DNA from: Lingula anatina
Lineage: Eukaryota; Animalia; Brachiopoda
Length of the DNA: 64,000 nucleotides
Assembly: GCA_051362555.1 (NCBI GenBank)
Contig: CM120647.1
Location: 16,840,651 to 16,904,650 of the forward strand
Direction of reading: 5' to 3'
Part shown: one piece after another, positions 52,847 to 64,000 of the stretch
Layout of the letters: each line of letters opens with the position of its first letter
Numbering within the stretch: the stretch's first letter is position 1
The notes under the pieces: model-generated
Databases searched by the model: none
The model's input: the letters and a program-made list of their open reading frames with translations, nothing else
What the model was told of the DNA's origin: nothing
Position numbers and translations under genes: made by a program

Positions 52847-55800
52847 TTAGACTTTAACCCTAAGAAATTTCCAAATACATAAGCTAATAATGAAATCAAT
52901 TATCTCGGCAAAGGTGATTAAGGTACTTCCCAGAACGAGGCCAAGAGCTCCTCCTACGTCAGCAAACAAAGTCAGCGTGCTGTAGGCTTCTTGTTGTACC
53001 ACCTCCTCGTATGTCATATCTGTGTAGTATAACGCTACGCTGACGAAGTCTTTTTCAACGGATTCTGCTGTTCTGTTGAATTCCAACGATACTGGTTTTG
53101 CCGATATTTTAGAACTGGAGATGCTGTAGTCAAAAGACAAAATCTCGCACGGTACTATACAGTCACACTGTCGCTTTATCTGGGTCGTGTTTTCTGACAG
53201 CGGGAAATAACACGTGATGATGTCACGTGGGGAACAGTCTCTGTAACCTTTGACCTCTGGATAGTATACCATCCGGCAGCCACACGTTTTCAAAGTCATA
53301 TTGTGTCTGAAATGGTATTCAAAGCTAATTATGCATCACACCAAAGAGAGAGAAAGAGAAAGAGAGAGAGAAAGAGAGGGCGCAAAGCGTGTGTTGTATA
53401 TTCTTAATGCATATGTTATACAATTCTGATATTTCAGATATTTAGACACAACCACAGTGCGTAAAGCTTATATTGACTTATATTAACTTGTCTCAAAACA
53501 AAATTTTGATTTAAAATGTGTGCCCATTCAAATACTAAATATTGACGTCTGTTTGGCAAAGTTCAAGCTATATTCATTCTACGACCCAACCATGTGCATA
53601 CAAATACATTTTTACTTATAATAATGAATGTCTAAACTAATATTGTTGACTCAACAGAATTTATGACTGTTATCGTTTTGCTTACACCATAGATACATAC
53701 AGGCATTCCGCACGGCAGTTTACTTTGCTGTACTTTTTGTAGTAAGCCAATTTTCTCTCGCCACAGTTGCCATGGGGAGCAGGGAGGTTTACCGACTGAA
53801 AAAAGTTCTTATTATCGAACACACTTATTGCAGGATATACGGAACATGTTGGTTACAATGACAGTGAACTTATGTCAAATAAATAGAAGTTTGTTCTCAA
53901 TCATCTGACAAGACCTAAAATCGTATGCAGAATAATTTTATATCTTATTTTTACTAAAGCAAAGTTGTGATTTAAAGAGAAATAGTCATAGCTAAAGAAG
54001 TAGACACAAATGTGATAACATTTATTTAGTAGCAGTCAGCCCTAATAACCGTATATTTTCGGTACCGTCAGATTGCAGTCATTTGATAACTGAATCAATC
54101 AAAATCTGCTTTGTTTTTCTATGGCGGTATTGTCTTCTTTTATTGTACTAATTTAGTGTATTTACATGTACCTTTTTCAGTTTAAGGGCAATAAAGGCGC
54201 TTTCTCCAGGGACGGTATGGATGGCAAAACTCAGCATGTCTGGATGGTCGTGTCGGTCATGTAATAGTATCTAAAATAATACACAAATAATACACAAATA
54301 CATAGCGACATTCAACTTAAAAATACATACAATAATCATAAAAAAAAGAATAATTAAAACAAAAAAATAAGAAGAGAAATATAAACAAGCAATCAAATTT
54401 TTAATCTTTAATGTGCGTCAGTGCTCTCTCCTTAGTTTTTAATTTTAGGTCAAATAATACCTTTTCATATTTATCTAATCTACAGTCACACAAATTTTTC
54501 GTTTCAATATTTAATCAAAGTTTAAATCTGGGATGAAGCTAATATATATGTACGATATTTTACCAGTGCTCCGTTGCTCAAAACATTTTGAGTATATTCA
54601 TTCTGTTGTTGTATGTCCAGATAGAGCTCAAGTCCATTTCTAGAACCTTCCATATCAACCTGATGAATCTCTTCACCTACAGATACATTTAATAAAAACC
54701 GCAGATACTGAAACGGAGTGTAATGCACATGCAAGGATAGGCTTGTAATAATTTGTAATAATTTGTAAACACTGGATAGAAAACTTCTGTGAAATTGGGA
54801 ACATAAAAAATAATATTTGATGTGAAAGAAATTATGTGAAATATTATTATCATTATTATTATTATTATTGCTAACCTTATGCTGTGACTCTCTCTACGTT
54901 TTTTTTCAAAGTAACTCATCATAATTTGTCCAAAAAAAGTGTTTGAGTGGCACAGATATACTTTGTATTGCCTTCACCTACACACACTGGACAAAAGAAG
55001 TGTCACCCCCTAACTCAGAGTAATAAAAGTAGGAAGATCTTGGGTAATTATAATGCCTGGTCTACTTATAATGTGACTAATTAGTATAAAACCGCTGTAC
55101 CATGGGATTGTATTGTTGGTCTTGTACATGTACAGCAAATGTTATTCCTGTCTTCCTCCAATATGGCAAGATACAGACAATTATCTAACGGTTATAGGTG
55201 CAAGTTATTAACCTGAAGAGGCGGAATATAAGCAATGTCAGTATATCGATACAATTGAATTGTTTAGTCAGAACCGTGCAGAGGGTCTGGTCTCGGTATA
55301 GAAACACTGGATCAAGAGACAAATTCCCTCTGATGGGTCGTCCAAGAAAGACCACCTGCCGTGAACACCGACGACTGATTTGGATGTCCAGGTTGTCAAA
55401 GTTCGACACTGCTTGTCAGTTGACAACACAGTGGAAAAATTTCACACATAAGAATGTGTCTGTGAAAATTGCTAGGCGTCGGTTACATGCTCATAGAGTG
55501 TACAGCAGGTAGCAAGACTGAAACCTCTTATATCGTTACAAAACAGGCAACGTAGAGTGAACTAGGGTCAACAGGATCTGGAACTGGACAGCCCATGACA
55601 ATTGGTCCTATATTTATTTTTTTTTCTGATGAGTGTCGCTTTGGTCTGACCTCTGATGACAGACGGGTACGATGCTGGCGAACTGCTGGTAAAGCATTTG
55701 AACCACATGTACTGAATTTTCGAACCCGGAGCAGCATATTCATCATGGTGTGGGGCTGCATCGGCATCCACGGCGTGGGCGAATTGATTGTGGTTGATGA

Positions 55801-57657
55801 AAACATGAATCACTAGAAATATAACTTTTGACAAATGCCCGTCTAACCAGCAGAGATTGTATTGTTGGTCTTGTACATGTACAGCAAATGTTATTCCTGT
55901 CTTCCTCCAATATGGCAAGATACAGACAATTATCTAACGGTTATAGGTGCAAGTTATTAACCTGAAGAGGCGGAATATAAGCAATGTCAGTATATCGATA
56001 CAATGGAATTGTTTAGTCAGAACCGTGCAGAGGGTCTGGTCTCGGTATAGAAACACTGGATCAAGAGACAAATTCCCTCTGATGGGTCGTCCAAGAGTCG
56101 TCCAGGCAACGTAGAGTGAACTAGGGTCAACAGGATCTGGAACTGGACAGCCCATGACAATTGGTCCTATATTTATTTTTTTTCTGATGAGTGTCGCTTT
56201 GGTCTGACCTCTGATGACAGACGGGTACGATGCTGGCGAACTGCTGGTAAAGCATTTGAACCACATGTACTGAATTTTCGAACCCGGAGCAGCATATTCA
56301 TCATGGTGTGGGGCTGCATCGGCATCCACGGCGTGGGCGAATTGATTGTGGTTGATGAAAACATGAATCACTAGAAATATAACTTTTGACAAATGCCCGT
56401 CTAACCAGCAGAGAAACTCTGTTATTTTCAGTGTTTCATAAGCATAAGCATAAGCCCTGAACCTATCAGACAATTATATGGATCCTTGCTTCGTAGACTG
56501 GCAGCTATTATTAGGTCACGTGGCTATGCCACTAAGTACTAATTTTGGACTTGAAACTGCATATTTTGGTAGAATGTATATGTTGTTCTCATTTTGTGAT
56601 TTTTTTGTGAAATTTGATGTTAATAAAATGATACCAGGAGCATATCATTCCACAGTCATTTATCTTCCCCATAGTATTGGCTCAGCAGGGGTGACACTTC
56701 TTTTGTCCAGTGTGTGTAATTTTACGATACAATATCAATTTATACCTTATAATATAATATAATATAATATAATATAATATAATATAATATAATATAATCA
56801 TGATACCTCCATTGAACTGATGGCATAATCCAAACTCGGTGAGGACTGGCCTAAATGCGTTTCTCTTGCAATTCTTCGTCTTCCATTGGCACTGTATATT
56901 TAGAATGTTAAACGTTAAATGTTTCAAGTGCATAATTTCTTTCAACATTGCTGACGGTGTACTTTTCAATTAAAGATATGATACAGATAATGTAATCAGC
57001 CAATTTATGAAAGCATTATCTCAGAAATGAAAATAAAAACAAACAACTAAACAACAACAACATCAACGACATAAAAAAACTCAAACAAATGCTACTTACG
57101 AACATAAACAAATCTGACTTTTGGAATCCATTTCTCAAGTAAAATTCAGTCCAGTTGATGTGATTGAGATCATACGCCGACCAGTTGGGTGCCCCAAAGT
57201 AGGCATGAAACAGAGCACCGATTTCTGTCTCATTATTTCGTGCCAAACTGGTGGCCTTAAATGGACTACTATTACAGACTGTGACCGTAGGAAATAATAA
57301 GGTGTCATTGTTGGTAATATTGAACTTCGCGGTTGTCGGATTGGAGAGATAATAATCAAATCGGTTTTGTAGATGATGGATCAGAAATCCAAATCCAACC
57401 AAAACGATGCACAGCCAAACGCTACGTCTTACGTACGAAAACTTTGGGTCGACGGATTGTTTCAGTCCTAAGATACTCACTTCCTTTGCAAAGTTGGTTA
57501 TTTCGTTCTGTACCGTTACGTTAATATTGGAGTCGATAACCTTTTGTGGGTCTTTCACGGTATCATTATTTTGGTTCTCTTTACGGTTATCTGAACCGTC
57601 GTAACATTGTCCGTGGCGCTGCTTGCCTTCGTCAAAATTAATTCCACTATCAGTCAT
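52847..57657 (-). CDS. DEG/ENaC subunit b, copy B, intact, ~469 aa; exons 57657-57100, 56891-56807, 54676-54564, 54270-54172, 53795-53701, 53306-52847
   Basis: FPTVTVCN, TEFGLCHQFN, YSKVNCRAEC, CGC and ADVGGALGLVLGSTLITFAE. GT-AG introns with the same phases as subunit a and no stops. Confidence 0.92.
54981..56716 (+). mobile_element. Tc1/mariner element (defective, internal tandem duplication), TA TSD
   Basis: TIRs cacacactggacaaaagaagtgtcacccc / ggggtgacacttcttttgtccagtgtgtg. Motifs GRPRKTT, FSDECRF and IMVWGCI. ~55105-55853 is repeated at ~55856-56413. Empty site in copy A (~17205-17225). Confidence 0.92.
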
Positions 57658-58544
57658 TCTAAGCTTATATTTGGTTAAGTTACATAAAAATGATTAGACG
57701 AATGTCTGGTACTTTTTTCAAGGCACTTTCTGAACTACACAAGTAAAAATAATTACGTTATTATTACATTCTCCCATTCGTTATATAGCAACAAATAATA
57801 TTCTATTGTCTACAAAAAATTGCAGTTGGTTTCTCAGGTAAGTGTTTGCTTTGTGAGACGAAGAATAGATGCGTCCATAATACTAGTGCTTATCACAGGA
57901 AATGGATACTGCTTAAACAAGACAGGAAGCTCGAAAGCAGGGGATTCGTTTTCGGAAAACAAAGGCAACGGTAATCAAACTTTCTTGGTGTAATGGCTTT
58001 TACTCGTCCAGTGCCGTATGATGGTATTCAATGAGCAAAGAACGGGGTTGCCTCCTTTCACCGTAACTGTAAGAGGATCAGTGGAATCCCCTTAGTATCA
58101 TTTTCATGGATATTGGCATTGGACAACTTTTCTGTGGTCTGAAGCACTGTTGACTTTGCTGGGACGAATCATCTAGTGTTGGTGATCGATTTGGAGATCG
58201 ATATAATGCATTAGTTACCAAGTTACCAATTACTCTGTATATGGGAAATGTCTGCGGTATAAAATTACAGTATGGTGAAAGATTACAGATATTCGGGGCT
58301 AAAAAGAATGCTTATTGTCATCAGATATGAAACTATATGCGGCACTTTAACTTCAAGATATGACTACTAGAAGAAGACAAAGTAAATGGAAAGAAGACAA
58401 GACAAATACTAAATGGGAAAGCGAAATGAAACATCAAGTACATGTAACAAGAGACAATTATTATACAGATATTGAAAGTAATCCAACATATTGAATTTAT
58501 CATTAAGAAATGAAATATATCCAATATAGCACGTTAAGTCAACT

Positions 58545-58873
58545 TTGGGATCCGTGCAACCATGCACTATGAAATAGGCAATGAGGGAAACAGTTCCCTG
58601 AAGAACCGCCCCATAGATATTTTGAGCGAGATACGTCCGCCGGTTGCCGCTGTCTGGGTCTGGCACCACGTTGGGGTACAGGACGAATAAAGATGGGAAG
58701 AAATCCCGAACCAGACCTTGGTAGAACAGAATAGTCCCGTTCACAAGGGGAGTGTTCTGCGGAGGACCTGCAAAGTAGACAGTTGACATATACAGGGAGC
58801 AAGGGTGATGATTGTACACCTGGAACCTACAATGTATGTCAAACTACTATAGCGAATACACTATTGAAACTTG

Positions 58874-58906
<33 letters not shown>

Positions 58907-59964
58907 TTAACATGGTGAATACCACTAAAAGATCCACATGAAAGAATGCTACTACTACCACTACTACTATTTACATGGTCATTCCACTAAAAGATCGACA
59001 TGAAAGAATTACGATCGCTTTTCTATACTGCTCCTCGAGTCAAAACCCGTCCATTCTATTTATACCACTAAAGTATTCGACGCACTGTGTTGTGATGTGA
59101 ATTTTCATTACATTTTCCTTCATTATGCTGAGATTTAAATGTTAATGATGTTGACTTTGATGAGTTACTAAAACTAACGCCCAACTCGCGTAAGCAGGAG
59201 TACCTAGGGAAAATTAGAGTATACGTCTAAAACTCACTCGTGTCGAATTCGACGCAGCTGCCAGCGTTGCAATAGTAGACGGGCGTGACATCTACGGTGT
59301 AGCGATCATTGAAACTGCATATCACACTAGTTATCGCCTGAAATTCAAGAAAAACATATGGTCTTCGGTATGAAATGTAACAAAGCATAGGTTCAAAAAA
59401 AAAAATAATAATAATAATAATAATAAAAAAAGGCATGCGATGATTAATATTACAACAAACATCCAACCACACTGCATTTCCTTTTCAAACACAAAATGAC
59501 TGGAACGGGTCAAAACAAAAAAGGGTCAAGAGATATGATAACTTGAAAAAAGCGCTACACTACGTCCCGCTTGGTGAATGTGAATTTTCACCCGATGCGT
59601 AGTTAGTTGCGTTAGTTGGGATAAATATCTTGATTGCGTATTCCACGCGGGTACTTTCGAACCTACTGTAAAGATCACAGTTCACGGGAAATAAATTCAT
59701 CAATTCACAAATCACAGTAAATAAAATTATTTTTATATCTCACTGATAATGCCAGTCGAATATCCAGAAAATCACGAATAAGCTGTTATAATGACTTCGT
59801 TTCACGAAGCGCACTGAAGCCAATTCGGAAAATAAAAAGTGGCTTCTGCAGGAAACGAAAACACCCAATGGGACCATTTATAAATCTTCCAAGTAATAGC
59901 ATATTCATAAAAGGATATAAGGATGACCCCGTAATCCGAATAAAAGGAGAAAAATGTATTTATC

Positions 59965-60029
<65 letters not shown>

Positions 60030-60817
60030 CGTTTCCACTTGGCAGAGGTGAAAAGATGTACTTGAGTTAGGATACCCAGCAAACACCTCAAGTTCGGATC
60101 ACGTGGCTAGCACGTTACTACCACATTCTAACGTCATAGAAACGTGCTAGCCACGTGATCCGAACGTGACCTGTTTGCTGGATATGACGTCCAATGGCAT
60201 TGATGAACAGAAAAAGACTTACCCAACCGTGAACACCCTGGCATTTGGCAGATTAAATGTAAAGTCATTGTATCCCTGTTGCCAAAAGTCGCTCCTGTCT
60301 ATGGCAGTGAGGAAGTATCGATGTGGGGCAACGTTTGTTACTGGTCCGCAGCCTAAAGTAAAAGATTAAAAAAAGAAAATCACTGCATGCGCGAGTACAT
60401 CGATCATCAGTGGTAATCGATTAAGATTATATTGAGTAGCGTCACTCACCCGTACTCTGTATGATGTAGTTGTAGTTACTTGGCTTTAACAAATGTCTTT
60501 AGTAAGTAAGAAGCAGTCATACATTTTATAATTGGTTAATAGCATACTCGTTGAAAATTACATTTATATTGTCACTTTCACCTACCCAGATACATGTAGA
60601 TGCATATGTTACAGTGAATAAAAATCTAACTGTATGTTTGCCAATGCTGAATCTATCTATGTTAACATGTCCTCACCAGTTGTCTTAGTTATTTACCTAT
60701 GAAGCACCGCCAATTTCCCAGTACCCTATTGGACAGTTGCCCTATGTCAGCTTCCGTGCATGGGTTGCCACAAGGACCGTCATTTAATCTCCAAGACGAC
60801 CGCCAAGAACAGCGCGC
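58545..60817 (-). pseudogene. Multi-exon cysteine-rich extracellular-type gene or pseudogene; exons 60817-60697, 60352-60223, 59662-59592 (+1 nt), 59337-59238, 58767-~58545
   Basis: Phase-compatible AG/GT exons give ARCSWRSSWRLNDGPCGNPCTEADIG..NWRCFIGCGP..DFWQQGYNDFTF..FTVG-FESTAW..CSF..YYCNAGSC..PPQNTP..VVPDPDSG. One exon needs a 1-nt correction. The 5' and 3' ends are not resolved. Confidence 0.6.
60075..60182. mobile_element. 108-bp hairpin MITE (CCCAGCAAACA...TGTTTGCTGG), TA flanks
   Basis: The internal arms gttcggatcacgtggctagcacgtt / aacgtgctagccacgtgatccgaac form a perfect inverted repeat. Confidence 0.8.
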
Positions 60818-63800
60818 CTAGATACAAGCAAGCAATGAAAACACGTTAGTAAATAGCAAAATGAGCACTTCGTGTTGTTGGTCGAATAATCTTATTTTGT
60901 CTTTGTCTTTAATTGTCTTTAATTCACTCGTAGCACTTTAGTGCTCCAGAATGGTGGCTGCCATGGGATATCCCTATAAAACTGGGTTCTCGTTGTATTT
61001 TCTCCTCAAAATATATAAAACTTAAAGGACGTTAGGCGGCACTGGTTTTAAGTTGGTCGGATATATGTGATCCGCGGATCTAAGTCACAGCACAACGAAG
61101 AGCAAAGGGAAAGAGCACAACTGACCTGCAGTGCATTACCCAGAGATGGTGCACAGCTGATTGTGGCGAATCTGAAGTGCGATCCTGAAATGATATAAAT
61201 GTTAGATATTTAACCTCTTTCCAAGACGGCACAGGGTGCAGACTGTGTTCGAGGGAGATGTTTTGTCATAAGGAGGCACTTGGATTACTATGAGCCATTG
61301 AAACATAACTGTTTTATGGTGCAGAGCGATACATTTCGTACTAGGTTTTTTACGGAAGTAATTATCATTGTTAATTCACACACAAGACAAAGGGGATATC
61401 GTTTTACATAACAGATATAAGATGAAGAAATGTGCTTCCACCAATTTACATAAAAGGGACCGATTAGGGATAAAAAAATCTACTTGTTTAGATTAAAGGT
61501 AGGCCTATAAATATAGATTAGTTAATTTAAGTCGAGAACTGCACCGTGCTTGGAAAAACAAAAATAACAAGTGGCCAAACAATGCTACAAGTAATTTATC
61601 AGCAGAAGTGTGGTATTATTTAAAGGGAAATATTTTCATTATGATATACCTACCTGTCACCGGTCTGTACAACATTAACATTGTGATGAGAACTGTATAC
61701 AGTGGCCACATCACTGATCGAATTAAATCTGTAACATAAGATAGGGCAATTTGGCAATTATTCATACATTTGTAACTAGCAACTTTAAAGATGTACTGAA
61801 CAAAGCAATTTAGTTAGATTTTTGGAAAAAATGATAACAATCTTCCTAGAAATTTCAGCAATGTTCTATTTATCGCTTATGTATACCTTATTTACAAATG
61901 TTGATGCAATAATGATCTATAAACCTATCTTAAACTGAAAATTACCAATTTTTTACCGTAACGAGTGCAATTTATCAGTTAAGCTCTACCTCCATCACGG
62001 AAGTGATCCAAAAACTAGATAGTAATAAATTAACCTAGAAATAATTTAGAAACTGACAGTTTTGTTTAACATGCTTTTCGTAAGTTTTTGATCGTCTTTA
62101 GACAATTTTGAACCAACAATTTACACCCTTTGTAGAGAGCACATGCACGTGTATCTATGACAGTACTGCAGAAAAAAGGTGGTTCACTTACTCGACCGGG
62201 CAGCGAGCAGGCAGGGGACGAGGAAACAAATGTGCAAGTGAAAGATTTCAAAACGTTCATACTGTAACAGAGGACAGTGTAACGAGACTGATATAAATTC
62301 ATCATAACTTCTAAGCGGAATTGTTAAAATCTGCTCACGATGTGAAGAAAAGATAATCATCCTTTTGCTGATATGTCATAAGTAAAATAACCATACTTTA
62401 TTTGAAGAAAAGCAATGTCCATATGCTGTACACGATAAACCAGCATAAGGGCACTTTTAACAATTTTTAACCATAAATGATGCTGGGTCAATTTCCTCAA
62501 TAGCTGTTTTTATGTTTATTATTATTCCAAAAACTAGATAGTAATAAATTAACCTAGAAATAATCAAGCCCTGGATTTACAAATTACATTAATTGGTTAA
62601 TTACGCACAGTCGTCAGTGAAAGGGCGAAACATTCAAGGCCATCGAGTGCATTTGCTCTGATGGTTGGCTTACTGTTCGACAAGATGACCTGGTTTGATA
62701 AAAGGTAGGTTTGCCTATTTCAACATCAGATTGCTACCCTTTAAACGCCGTAACTCCTAATTGTGGCCCTCTACCGGATAATTAATCGCGTTGAAGAAAA
62801 ACCAGCTTGTAGATAAAATACTATTCAAATTGGATATGTTGTACTGTATAATATACCAAGCATGCATGTCTAGACGAGTGAACCATTTAATCGCACTTGA
62901 GTGATGATAGTCTCCGGCTGGTGAGGAAAGGTGTAGAAACTATCTATGACACGGCCTGGTTCCTAATAGTTGTTTTACGACAATGTTTTTCATTGTAACG
63001 AATGCATCTACCTAGGAAGATGAAAATAATGCGATTATAAATGAATATGCTATACCTGTATAACCAATTATAATATAAACATATATGACGGCTCCTTACT
63101 GACTAAAGACGTGTTTAAGCCAAGTTACTGCTGCTAATCAATTACCAATAGTTGCAACATTGTCTTCTAAATCTCTCCTAGCAAGGCCGTATAGTGGGCA
63201 AGATACTGAGCTAATGCTTCCTCCTGGCGTAATTGAAAACAAAGATAATAATTCTTGGTGTGAGATTTGAATTCCACAATTAACGTAGAAATATCATATG
63301 TTCCATTTGACCAACTTGTTGATCTGATTGTATTCAGCAAGAGTCCCCGTAGTTTTAGGGCATAACAGCTACGTCGACAAAATTCACTGTAAACGGTCTC
63401 TAACATCAGCTGTGCTTTTCGCAATATATACCGGGTGCTTGCGCTAATTAACTAATTTACAGATAATAATTATCATCACTTAAATCTTTAATTTTAGCAA
63501 TTTCACCGTATGTACAAACGGGTGCTATAAATTTGCACAATTGTAAAATGAGAAAAAATACATGAAGTATCAGTGTTAAGGGCATTATTCAAGCATTATT
63601 TAATAAGCATTATTATATAAGCATTAACAAGGTTAGGATTTCAGATAATAACTGGTATGAGGTTGTTTTCGGTCGTTAATTGGAAAGACTATAATACGGA
63701 ATAAAAACCGCCTAGATAGATGAGTTTCCATAAGCCGACAGTATCTTCTCAACGAGTAAACCAGCGTTAGCCACATACAGTTAACTGTACAGTCTAACCC

Positions 63801-63926
63801 TGAGAAGATCCTAACACCAAATACACAGTACTAAGCCTACTTACTCTTTCCCGTTTTGCAAGTACAAATATAAACAAAAACATTTTTTTGAAACTGTGCT
63901 AATTCTTTTGCCTGTATGTATACTAA

Positions 63927-64000
63927 AGCCCCCCTTACACTGGTCGGTGTCTTTTCTGTGTCCCGTAATTCGGCCCCGTCTGAGATAAAAAATACTTTAT
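63927..64000. mobile_element. Start of a MITE of the 4417-4622 family
   Basis: agccccccttacactggtcggtgtcttttctgtgtcccgta is similar to the reverse complement of 4545-4622. Confidence 0.65.

Larger units (their letters stand above)
34616..59182. repeat. Segmental (tandem) duplication, copy B
   Basis: Collinear with 1-19643. It is longer because of the Gypsy and Tc1 insertions. Confidence 0.95.

Noticed and set aside
61000-63900. Coding gene in the distal unique region
   Set aside because: Only short ORFs with no recognisable motifs or consistent exon chain.

Overview
AT-rich, intron- and microsatellite-rich eukaryotic DNA, most likely from a marine invertebrate (the phylum is a guess). The window is built around a large tandem segmental duplication: copy A is 1-~19,643 and copy B is 34,616-~59,182, with an initial offset of 34,615 bp. 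Spliced gene models were reconstructed by hand from GT/AG sites and matching intron phases. Each copy carries a 2-exon type II membrane DUF1647-like (putative glycosyltransferase-like) gene on +, a 3-exon secreted single-domain UMOD/GP2/OIT3-type D8C gene on -, and two 6-exon DEG/ENaC (ASIC-like) channel genes on -. In these channels the HG and GAS motifs are replaced by LG and GST. Channel b is a pseudogene in copy A (3 stops) and intact in copy B. Between the copies is an array of further DUF1647/D8C paralogues and fragments. Many copy-specific transposon insertions can be confirmed against the empty site in the other copy (Tc1/mariner, PIF/Harbinger, MITEs). The most unusual object is a Gypsy-type LTR element at 44,788-~50,900. 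Its Gag starts with a ComEA-like helix-hairpin-helix domain, it has a -1 frameshift/pseudoknot signal, its RT core is deleted in frame, and it carries a possibly spliced third ORF with zinc-finger-like motifs. A multi-exon cysteine-rich gene or pseudogene, seen only as fragments in the ORF track, lies at ~58.5-61 kb and is cut by the duplication junction. All family assignments come from motif recognition, not database searches.
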